The position numbers and the translations under genes were made by a program. A stretch of DNA of 64,000 bases, taken from IMG/VR virus record IMGVR_UViG_3300035670_000191, positions 1,540 through 65,539 of that record; one strand, given 5' to 3'. The notes under the pieces were generated by a model that made no database searches, was not told the DNA's origin, and worked only from the letters and a program-made list of their open reading frames with translations. This DNA is from a virus (Duplodnaviria; Caudoviricetes). The number at the start of each line of letters is the position of its first letter. Position 1 is the stretch's first letter. Positions 26,692-34,867 of the stretch are shown here, one piece after another.

Positions 26692-28062
26692 TTACAGGTA
26701 AAGGCCGGAGCGGCCGCCCACAGTGTCGTTCGAGTACGACCCTACGTGGCCGAGATAAAACGCCCAAGCCCCGGCACCCGGCCCATGGCCCCAGTAGCCG
26801 CCGGAGATCGGGCACAGGCCGATCGGTTTGTAATCCCCTATCCCGTCTAATCCGAAATGATTAGACCCGGCCCCAGATGCCCCGTCGACCTGCGGTATGC
26901 CCATTCCGGTCAATCGCCAGTTTGGGGTGGTGCGGTCGCTGCTGGCAGCAAATACGCCGTTGGCGGCATTTCCAAACCGCAGGGACTGGTTTGTTCCGGT
27001 CAATGCTCCAGTATCCGTTCCGTATGTGTGGCTGTAAAATACGTCGCTGTTGTACGTAAATGCCGTGTCGGCAGTAATATCCCGACAGGCAACCGCTTCC
27101 TTTAGTAAATACAGCAGTGTGCCGTCTGACGTAATCCCCGGGGTTACTTCCCACATATTTCCGTTTAAGTCAGCTACCCCACAATTCTGACCGTTATGCG
27201 TAGTTTTGGCAAACGGCGTTCCACTGCCAGTTTTGCCGCAGTTGGGGTATCCGTCAGATGTATATTGCACGTTAGTATCGTCAATATCCAGCAGGGCGTT
27301 ATTATTGTTCCCCTTGGGAAAGTTACTGAAACCGCTCGCGTTATACCACGCACACGTTGTGTTACTCGTCACCGCCTGTGCGTGTGCCTGTGCTAGCAAT
27401 GCCAGTGCCGCATATTGATGCCTGAATACAGGGAAAAACTGGGCGCCGTAATACCCGCCCCGAGTTTTACTCGCAGCAAATGCTCCGTCGTATCGGTTCT
27501 GCGCGGAGGTCATCCCGGTCAGGTTGCCCCAGGGGTTATGATCTGCGTGACTTGACAATGGATTTCCATTTTTAATTGAACTAGCCCGGCCTGCATTATT
27601 GGCCCACTGGTATTTATCGACAAAAAATCCGGGTTTTGACACTCCGCCGTCAATAAACCCCCGGTGCAAAGCATATCCTGCCGCATTTGCATCTGTTTCC
27701 GAAGCAAACGTAAAATCGCCAGCAATATCTATGGCATTAGCCCCATATACCGAGTATCTTGGACTACCAGAATTGCCAATTCTATAATAGAATCGGGGTA
27801 TCCAAGCCATGATACTCCCGTCTGTATACATATAATTTCCCCAGTTATCGTGTACTGGGTCATACGTCCCTACCATCGTCGCAAAGTCTGTCGGAACATC
27901 CAGTGGATATGGTGCAATACCAAACCCATAACTCCCGGCAATACCTATGTCACTTGCACCGTGCATATACTGGGGGTGTATCGTGTCCCCCCGTTGTAAC
28001 TCGCTTATTTGCCAAGTCCCGTCTGGTTTTTGAAAAAACTTTAATGGTACTATGTTAGTCAT
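26692..28062 (-). CDS. Mtd-like C-type-lectin (FGE-type) receptor-binding protein with a DGR-type variable region
   Basis: GFFVDKY, THNG..CGVADLNGNMWE, C-terminal ISGGYW..AGAWA..VGGRS. Confidence 0.85.
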   Translation of the reverse strand: MTNIVPLKFFQKPDGTWQISELQRGDTIHPQYMHGASDIGIAGSYGFGIAPYPLDVPTDFATMVGTYDPVHDNWGNYMYTDGSIMAWIPRFYYRIGNSGSPRYSVYGANAIDIAGDFTFASETDANAAGYALHRGFIDGGVSKPGFFVDKYQWANNAGRASSIKNGNPLSSHADHNPWGNLTGMTSAQNRYDGAFAASKTRGGYYGAQFFPVFRHQYAALALLAQAHAQAVTSNTTCAWYNASGFSNFPKGNNNNALLDIDDTNVQYTSDGYPNCGKTGSGTPFAKTTHNGQNCGVADLNGNMWEVTPGITSDGTLLYLLKEAVACRDITADTAFTYNSDVFYSHTYGTDTGALTGTNQSLRFGNAANGVFAASSDRTTPNWRLTGMGIPQVDGASGAGSNHFGLDGIGDYKPIGLCPISGGYWGHGPGAGAWAFYLGHVGSYSNDTVGGRSGLYL

Positions 28063-28071
28063 ACATCACCT

Positions 28072-29484
28072 TTACACTAATGGAATGTTAATACTTGAAC
28101 CGTCAGCCATTTGGCCAGTCAAAGCATAAGTAGGTAGGGTTTGCCAAGTCTTATCCCCACGATAATACTGCAAATTCGTACCTGCTGCAATAGTACCTTC
28201 TTTTGCATCAAGTGCAGTCTGCATAGCAGTAGACACTGGCTTACTTGCATCACTTGTGTTATCCACATTAGCTAAACCAACGTCACTCTTACTTAGAGTA
28301 ACCTCCCCCGTCTTACCCGCTACACTCGTAACAGTATTAACCTGCGCTCCAAGGGCAATTCCAGCCAACTTATCCTTCTCAACTAGCGTGAAATCTTCAC
28401 TTGACAGTCCCTTGCCAGCAATCTTATCAACCTTTTTGTCAAGTTCCGCTTGTGTAGCAGAGCTAACAGGCTTACTTGCATCACTTGTATTGTCAACATT
28501 GGCTAGGCCAACATCTGCCTTCACAAGAGTAACATCACCGGTTTTAGCCGCCACACTTGTAACTACGTTAACCTGTGCCCCTTCGGCAATTCCAGCTAAC
28601 TTAGTTTTCTCAGCCGTGCTGTAGTCTTCTGTAGACAGACCTTTCCCTGCAACCTTATCTACTTTCCCTTCCAGCCCCGTGGTCACACTACCGGAAAGCG
28701 TAGTAATTGCTCCGTCAAGCGAACCATCTGCCGCTTGAAAAGCAGTTACAATCTCACTCAACGAATTCAGTGCCGTTGCATCAACATTTGACAGAATACT
28801 ATCAATCTGTCCTTGCAAAGCAGCATCGCCTGCAACCCGGTTACTTGCCTCCGTTGCAATACTCGTCGTCAGGGTCGCTTCAGCAGATTGCGCTCTAGTA
28901 ACCTCGCTGGCAAGATTGCTTGTAAGCGTAGTATCAGCATTCGCACGTAGCGTAGCTTCATTCGCAATCACCATAGTCATCACGGCTTCGGTCGGAAGAT
29001 AAATTCCATTTACCCTCACGCCTCCGCTGTCCAGCATAACTTCTTCATTCGCTCCGACAATCAAACCTGTCGTTCGAATCTGCGGAACATCAAGTTTCTC
29101 TGGGGCAACTACAATTACAGTCCCAAGGGTAGGGGCGGTGAAGTTAAGCGTAAATGTGTTGAGATTTATATCTGTCTTATTAACAGACAAGATATTACCA
29201 TTCTCATCCTTGACTTGAAACCACAAGTTCTGTGAGTTCAAGTAATGGTTTACCGTCCAGGTTTGTGCAGCCAATCCCTGCGAGTGTATGTAACTTGCCG
29301 TTGCCGTTGCATACGGGTACCAAGTTTCAAGATTCCCGACAAGAATGTAAACGTACATACAGTTATTCTTCATAACCATAGTACCAAGGCGGGGGTTTAG
29401 GGGAAATTCAGTAACTTGACTTACAAGGGCTAGGTTCCCGTGTAAGTCTAAGTCTCCAAGATGATTAACAGTATGCTGTGACAT
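28072..29484 (-). CDS. fibre/whisker-like virion protein
   Basis: two KVDK.AGKGLS.ED and VTSVA.KTG.VTL.K.DVGL.NVDNTSD repeats; coiled coil; WTVNH module. Confidence 0.75.
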   Translation of the reverse strand: MSQHTVNHLGDLDLHGNLALVSQVTEFPLNPRLGTMVMKNNCMYVYILVGNLETWYPYATATASYIHSQGLAAQTWTVNHYLNSQNLWFQVKDENGNILSVNKTDINLNTFTLNFTAPTLGTVIVVAPEKLDVPQIRTTGLIVGANEEVMLDSGGVRVNGIYLPTEAVMTMVIANEATLRANADTTLTSNLASEVTRAQSAEATLTTSIATEASNRVAGDAALQGQIDSILSNVDATALNSLSEIVTAFQAADGSLDGAITTLSGSVTTGLEGKVDKVAGKGLSTEDYSTAEKTKLAGIAEGAQVNVVTSVAAKTGDVTLVKADVGLANVDNTSDASKPVSSATQAELDKKVDKIAGKGLSSEDFTLVEKDKLAGIALGAQVNTVTSVAGKTGEVTLSKSDVGLANVDNTSDASKPVSTAMQTALDAKEGTIAAGTNLQYYRGDKTWQTLPTYALTGQMADGSSINIPLV

Positions 29485-29499
29485 ATTTTACCTGCTTGA

Positions 29500-29913
29500 C
29501 TAGCCAGAATTGTGCGTGATATTAGCCATAACAAGACAAGAACCTGCTGTTGGCCGAAGAAACTGCAAAACAAGTCTTTCAGGCGACACGACTGATTGGC
29601 TACAATCTACTGGCACACCCTCCATATCCTTAACTTGCACCCAACAATCAGTAGCCCCAAGGCCATGTTCGACAGTCCACTGACTTGCAGCCTCCGTTTG
29701 CATGTGAACATAATTCACAGGTATTCGCCCGAATGGACACCAAGCAACGAAGTCTGACTGCGGATTAACCTTAACATAGCCCCAAAACACTCCGTCTTTT
29801 ACAACAAATAATCCTGGCGGAGGATTAGGCGGGAAACTATCTACTTGTGCGAATATCAGCGATGCAACTTCTATATCCGCCAGAATCCGAACATCATCGT
29901 CAGAACTAGACAT
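29500..29913 (-). CDS. paralogue of the N-terminus of the adjacent fibre protein
   Basis: FPPNP..G..V.KD..W.PF, YVH.Q..A..WTVEH.L shared with 28072..29484. Confidence 0.7.
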   Translation of the reverse strand: MSSSDDDVRILADIEVASLIFAQVDSFPPNPPPGLFVVKDGVFWGYVKVNPQSDFVAWCPFGRIPVNYVHMQTEAASQWTVEHGLGATDCWVQVKDMEGVPVDCSQSVVSPERLVLQFLRPTAGSCLVMANITHNSG

Positions 29914-29917
29914 GGGT

Positions 29918-30112
29918 TTAGGTGCTTGTGGGATGTGACAGGCTCTCAGGGTCAGGCGCACCAACGAAAACAACGTCCCCGTTTATGGCCTGCACCATCA
30001 AGTCCAGTAGAAAGTATTGTTCGGACAAAAAAGGGAGGGTTATGGGCGAGTTTTGGATGTTGAAGCGTAACCTCTTAATCCATCCAACAGCTTGACTTGT
30101 CTGAATGCTCAC
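29918..30112 (-). CDS. hypothetical protein
   Basis: 64 aa, tightly packed in the operon. Confidence 0.5.
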   Translation of the reverse strand: MSIQTSQAVGWIKRLRFNIQNSPITLPFLSEQYFLLDLMVQAINGDVVFVGAPDPESLSHPTST

Positions 30113-30327
30113 CCAAGCCCTTCCATTCTTGCCAAAACTTCAAGTCGTTCGTAGTATCGCTTCAGAAAAGCAACATTACTCTTGAATGTATCTGCGTCTT
30201 GTTGGGACATGAAGTCTGTTATTCCAGCAAGTGTTTCCAAGTCACCTAGAGCCTCAATCAATAAGTCCCTAACAACCCGAACACTTGTGATTCCTGAAAT
30301 ATCAACAGACTTCAGTCCCTCGGCCAT
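30109..30327 (-). CDS. hypothetical protein
   Basis: 72 aa in the operon. Confidence 0.65.
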   Translation of the reverse strand: MAEGLKSVDISGITSVRVVRDLLIEALGDLETLAGITDFMSQQDADTFKSNVAFLKRYYERLEVLARMEGLG

Positions 30328-30338
30328 GCTGACGGGCC

Positions 30339-31586
30339 TTAGATGTTAGCCATGCTGGTAACAGACAGGCGAACATTAGCAGCACTCGACAGATAAACAT
30401 CCATCGAGTTAGCATCAGTTGCCTTCACGGAAACAATGTCATTCCGCCAAGAACCATCAGCACGCTGTACCCACACGGTAAAGTCTACAAACTGGCTGTT
30501 CAGATTGTGGGTAACGGTGTGTTGAGTAGCAGCAGAAGCCGAAGCGAACGTGAAACGGCGAGCATTGTAGTCACTCCGAATAGCCGTATCAGCAGCAGTA
30601 CGAGCAGCAACTTCTGCATCAATGTTTGACTGCAAAGTAGTATCAGCAGTCGAACGAGCAGAAGACTCACTAGTAAGGTCAGACTTCAGAGAGTTGATAG
30701 ACCCGACGATAGTCCCTTTTTCAGAAGTAGTAAGAGTGGTCAGGTCACCAATCTTACCATTTACCTGACTTTCAACCGTGGTAACGCGAGTATCAAGAGC
30801 AGTGTCGGCAGCAGCACGAGTTACAAGTTCGGTTGCCAGACCGCTTTCCAGAGTTGATACACGGGCTTTGAAAGCAGTGTCAACGTCTACAACAAAGCCA
30901 GTATCGGTAGAACCGGTTACGCTAATGTAATCCGTGGTACCGGCAACAGCACTATCCGTGTTGTCAATCTTATCAACGCCAGCAGCGGAGTTGAAAACAA
31001 GGCCATCATTCAGGTTGGCATAAAACGGAGTACCGGCTGCACCTACCTTAAAGTAACCAGCAGTTGCTACTTTGTAGTAATCGCCGGTGGCTTTTTGGGC
31101 CAGCGTTTCCATGTCAAGGGCATTGGCGGCATCTGCGCCACCATTGACAGTACCAACATATTCAAAGACGTTACCAAGGGCATCAATCCGTTGTCCCAAA
31201 GCAACTTCGGCAGCCGTTGCACGGGAAACTTCCGTTGCCAGATTAGAAGTCAGGGTAGCTTCGGCAGCGGTGGCACGAGTAACTTCAGCGGCAAGATTGG
31301 TGGTCAGCGTCGCTTCAGCAGCAGTTGCGCGAGCAATCTCGGCATTCAGAGCAGCAGTAACAGTTGCAATGTCAGCAGCCAGGGCTTCAGCAGTTGCAAA
31401 AGTACGAACAACTACTGCACCGGTTGCGTCCAGAGTAGAGTGCTTCCAAACTTTGTCGGTGGTGTTATACCAAGCGCGGCCAGCAGCAACCGGAACCGGA
31501 TCAGAAGCCAACTGCTCTACATGGAAGTTTTCAATGTAAGCATTGGCAGCAAGAGTAATACCGTGATAAATAGGAAAGTCAGCCAT
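30339..31586 (-). CDS. coiled-coil fibre-like virion protein
   Basis: repeated AE..RATAAE..L; C-terminal HTVTHNLNS module; GAGG RBS. Confidence 0.8.
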   Translation of the reverse strand: MADFPIYHGITLAANAYIENFHVEQLASDPVPVAAGRAWYNTTDKVWKHSTLDATGAVVVRTFATAEALAADIATVTAALNAEIARATAAEATLTTNLAAEVTRATAAEATLTSNLATEVSRATAAEVALGQRIDALGNVFEYVGTVNGGADAANALDMETLAQKATGDYYKVATAGYFKVGAAGTPFYANLNDGLVFNSAAGVDKIDNTDSAVAGTTDYISVTGSTDTGFVVDVDTAFKARVSTLESGLATELVTRAAADTALDTRVTTVESQVNGKIGDLTTLTTSEKGTIVGSINSLKSDLTSESSARSTADTTLQSNIDAEVAARTAADTAIRSDYNARRFTFASASAATQHTVTHNLNSQFVDFTVWVQRADGSWRNDIVSVKATDANSMDVYLSSAANVRLSVTSMANI

Positions 31587-31587
31587 C

Positions 31588-31785
31588 TTAAGACCTCAAG
31601 AATTTTTTAAGTGAGAGAAGTTCAAAATCCACTCCCCTGCAACAACTATTGCTGTGCCGGACTCGCCACTCAGATTCAGATAAGTCTGTCTCGAACCAAA
31701 AACACCCACTCTTGTATTCTGTGAATACCGCCCCGTGATACTTCATGTATGCCGCAAGATGTAGGTCTTTGACCCGTATAAGCAT
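31588..31785 (-). CDS. small DUF5659-like protein
   Basis: KDLHLAAYM...G...F.F pattern; GAGG RBS. Confidence 0.5.
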   Translation of the reverse strand: MLIRVKDLHLAAYMKYHGAVFTEYKSGCFWFETDLSESEWRVRHSNSCCRGVDFELLSLKKFLRS

Positions 31786-31789
31786 AGCC

Positions 31790-32050
31790 TCAGTATATTT
31801 CATTTGTGCGTCCAATACCAAACACGACATCGGCATATCCTGCGGTTGGGTAAGTGAATGATAGAATTAACTCATTTGCAGTCAATGTGTGACTTGGTAT
31901 TTGTCTGCGGCCCTGTAAGTCGAAGACTTGATAGTTTAAGAAGTTTGTCCCTCTATTGTGGGATATTGTCCAAGTCTTTTGAGGAAGCGGAAAATGGTAA
32001 CGAGTATTCCCACCGAGGCTTGCTGTAATTGTGCGCTTAATTATACTCAT
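31790..32050 (-). CDS. small protein consisting of the WT..H module
   Basis: TWTISHNRG..QVFD..L.F..PTAG. Confidence 0.7.
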   Translation of the reverse strand: MSIIKRTITASLGGNTRYHFPLPQKTWTISHNRGTNFLNYQVFDLQGRRQIPSHTLTANELILSFTYPTAGYADVVFGIGRTNEIY

Positions 32051-32058
32051 GCACTGCC

Positions 32059-32430
32059 TCAGTATATCTCTGTCACTTTAGCTGCCCCGTCGGCAATGTC
32101 CCATATACAGGACAGGGGGCCAGTATAGGAGAATGTTTCCCACAACAATGTGTCGCCTGGATAAAGCAAGAATGTATATTCTGCCGGGCTTGCTTGCAGG
32201 GCAAACGCTAACCGCATAACCCCAAATTGCGTATCGTTCAACACAACAAATGTTCGTCTCGCGTCATTTGCAGGAAGCAACAGCACAGACGCCGTTGTAG
32301 CCGCGACACTTGTGATTGTCGCATTTGGACACTTTACATCAAGTCCATTAAGATTAAGTGTCGAATCTGTGAAGTTTAGATTAGTCCCTGTTGGAACATC
32401 CGTTGAAGTATATGTTGGTGGGAACGACAT
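32059..32430 (-). CDS. hypothetical virion-associated beta protein
   Basis: LL.AN..RR....N, LYPGD, YTG. Confidence 0.65.
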   Translation of the reverse strand: MSFPPTYTSTDVPTGTNLNFTDSTLNLNGLDVKCPNATITSVAATTASVLLLPANDARRTFVVLNDTQFGVMRLAFALQASPAEYTFLLYPGDTLLWETFSYTGPLSCIWDIADGAAKVTEIY

Positions 32431-32441
32431 ACTTCACACAA

Positions 32442-32681
32442 TCAACCGGCATACATTTCCGTGTCGCGTGCATCTGCTTTCCCTTTCCCAATGTGCAGAC
32501 CATAGACAAATGCCTTATTCACAAGGGCTTGGATTTTCTCTCGGAACTCGGCTTCTGTTTGCGCAAGTGCTGCATCTTGAGCCGGAACAGTAGGATAGGA
32601 GGCAAGTGCTGCCATCTTAACCATGTCAAAGATTGGTTTGAAATCGTCATGTTCGACTTCAACAATATGTTTAACCTGCAT
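32442..32681 (-). CDS. hypothetical protein
   Basis: 79 aa, GGAGAG RBS. Confidence 0.7.
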   Translation of the reverse strand: MQVKHIVEVEHDDFKPIFDMVKMAALASYPTVPAQDAALAQTEAEFREKIQALVNKAFVYGLHIGKGKADARDTEMYAG

Positions 32682-33098
32682 CTATCTCTCCACTGAATTT
32701 GTTTGTGTCGCGGGGACTGCGGGCGCAGACTCTTTGAAGAATTGCATAAACGCCTTAACAGCACTTCGGCCATTATCTGTTAGAATGAACCTGGCCATCA
32801 TATCACTAGCCTGCGAATGTCTGTTTTCCTGCGCTAACCATTGTTGTTCGTCATTTGATAAAACTGAACCTATGGCAAACATAAGGTAGTCTTTCCCAGG
32901 AGCCTTGTCTACCACAGGTTCAGAAGTTGACTTTTGTGCCAGAGCAACAAGCTCTGCTTTCACGACTTCTCGGATTGTATCACGTAGGGCGTCTGGTGTC
33001 AAACTTGGCTGAACCTGTGCGGGGGTCACGACAGGGTTCGTCCGAATCTGACTTTGCAACGCCATTAGTTGTGCTTGGAGTTGGTCTAAGTTTGTCAT
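32682..33098 (-). CDS. hypothetical Q/P-rich protein
   Basis: 138 aa abutting the next gene. Confidence 0.7.
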   Translation of the reverse strand: MTNLDQLQAQLMALQSQIRTNPVVTPAQVQPSLTPDALRDTIREVVKAELVALAQKSTSEPVVDKAPGKDYLMFAIGSVLSNDEQQWLAQENRHSQASDMMARFILTDNGRSAVKAFMQFFKESAPAVPATQTNSVER

Positions 33099-33223
33099 CC
33101 GAGCGAGACTTCTTTGTATATGTTTTAGATTGAGGGGTGGAGTCTTGACCCTCTAGAAGAACAAGACCGTTACGGGTTGTGGCTTTCCTGGTGTCAGGAG
33201 AAGTAGTAGCCTGCTCCTCTCCC

Positions 33224-34084
33224 CTACAGCACTCGCGTATTGGCAGCAGTTTGCTGGCCTGCTTGACCGGTCATCGTGCCCAAGTTTACAACACTTTGAG
33301 TATTGCGCTGAATCTCACCTACAAGTTGTTGCAACAACGTAGTTTGCAGAACTGCCTGCTGTTGTTGCTGCTGCTGTAGCTGGTTCTGGTTAATGTTGTT
33401 GGTAACATTCACCCCACCTGCATCAACAGCCGAACGAGTACGCAAGTCTGCAATTTGATTGTTCAACTCCGTGACGAGATTCGCCATAATCATTGCACGA
33501 GTTTTATCCCCGTCGGCAGATATTTCCCGCGTAACATTGTTGAAGCCCTGCAACATATTAGTGTTGAGAGCATTCATCTGAGACGAAAGGGCAGACTCAG
33601 ACTCGTGAATCTCATTGACGATATTGCCACTTGTGGTAGCGATAGCCGTCTTAATTTCCCCTTGCCCCATCAGGTTGGCAATTTGTGCTTGCAACTGCTG
33701 GATGAGGATCGTCTGATTGCCTTGCGTAATACTAGCGTTAATGGCATTTTCAGCCGCGCTAATAGAAGATATTACTTCTTGGGAGGAGTCCTGGATGTCC
33801 TTCAGAAGCAACATGCTGTTGTTGTTGGCCTGGTTAGCGTTTGCCAAAGCTGCTGAAACTGCGGCATCAATAGCAAGTTGTTGGGCATTCGGATCAATGA
33901 CTCCGCCACCGTTCGGCCCCCAAAGATTACCTCCGTTTCGCAAAAGCGAGCCAAGAATAAGTCCGCCAATTAAACCATTGCTGTCCTGTCCACCAAACAA
34001 ATTACCCATATTTGCACCTTTCAGAAGTGAGTCAAGAGTCATATCGCCTAAACCGGGAGTCGTTCCCGGACTTGCTTCAACCAT
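33224..34084 (-). CDS. Gly-rich, Q/N-rich coiled-coil protein
   Basis: GGLILGSLL N-terminus, poly-Q near the C-terminus; GAGG RBS. Confidence 0.8.
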   Translation of the reverse strand: MVEASPGTTPGLGDMTLDSLLKGANMGNLFGGQDSNGLIGGLILGSLLRNGGNLWGPNGGGVIDPNAQQLAIDAAVSAALANANQANNNSMLLLKDIQDSSQEVISSISAAENAINASITQGNQTILIQQLQAQIANLMGQGEIKTAIATTSGNIVNEIHESESALSSQMNALNTNMLQGFNNVTREISADGDKTRAMIMANLVTELNNQIADLRTRSAVDAGGVNVTNNINQNQLQQQQQQQAVLQTTLLQQLVGEIQRNTQSVVNLGTMTGQAGQQTAANTRVL

Positions 34085-34114
34085 ATAGATACCTCTTAGG
34101 TTGTGGGAGAATCA

Positions 34115-34366
34115 TCACAAGACAATGTGAAGCCTATCCCCGGCTGCTCCAGTAACTCGCACGTGCGTAACCGGGGATAAAATTGCTGCAACAAGAAGTG
34201 GTGCGAGTGTTACATCAGGTCTCACCGAAACAAAGTCTGCTCCACCGTTGGTAGAGACAAATATGTTTCGGGAAGGCGACGAGGAGTTAAGGGTCACAGT
34301 CATTGGAACTGACGCACTCGGAAGATCGAGGGTTAGAGTCGGTGAATCCAATGTATATGACATCAT
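34115..34366 (-). CDS. hypothetical protein
   Basis: 83 aa, beta-rich. Confidence 0.65.
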   Translation of the reverse strand: MMSYTLDSPTLTLDLPSASVPMTVTLNSSSPSRNIFVSTNGGADFVSVRPDVTLAPLLVAAILSPVTHVRVTGAAGDRLHIVL

Positions 34367-34381
34367 GACGGAACTTGCCGG

Positions 34382-34849
34382 TTAGCGTTTGTTTATCTGC
34401 TGCACCAACGTCTCATACGAAAGTTGGAAGTGCATACCATCCGGGCTTTTCCACTCGCCACCCCAGTCAAAACCTGCATCAGTGAAGCACTTAATAAGTT
34501 TTGCAGACATCTTTGAGGGCTTTCCCATACGATTCCATGCGGCATTTATATCTATGGCAACACCCCAGGAATGAAGGGAACGAGTAGTTGCGTTACGTTT
34601 GGGACGTATGTTGAAACATCCGTCCCAAGTGAGTAGTTCATTGACAAGTTCTTGTTGGATAATTGAGGCAAATGCTTGCGAAAGGGGTTCTACCATGTAT
34701 TTGCAGCAATAAAGCCGCTTTGGTATAACCCCTATCTCATACTCTGCTGGGACATCCCATAAGAGCATGTTGGCTTCCTTTTCGGGTCTGCCTAGAAGTT
34801 CGTTACAGTGTTTTGCGGTGAGAAGCATTAGGAGTCTCCGGGAACGCAC
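34382..34849 (-). CDS. endolysin, M15-family peptidase
   Basis: GCFNIR, SLHSWGVAIDIN, WGGEW..DGMHFQ. Confidence 0.9.
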   Translation of the reverse strand: MRSRRLLMLLTAKHCNELLGRPEKEANMLLWDVPAEYEIGVIPKRLYCCKYMVEPLSQAFASIIQQELVNELLTWDGCFNIRPKRNATTRSLHSWGVAIDINAAWNRMGKPSKMSAKLIKCFTDAGFDWGGEWKSPDGMHFQLSYETLVQQINKR

Positions 34850-34867
34850 GTCCTTGTGCAGACAACA

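Noticed and set aside
24100-28100. Complete DGR (RT, Avd, template repeat)
   Set aside because: No ORF with RT motifs and no AAC-rich copy of either variable region found by eye in this window; one could lie outside it.
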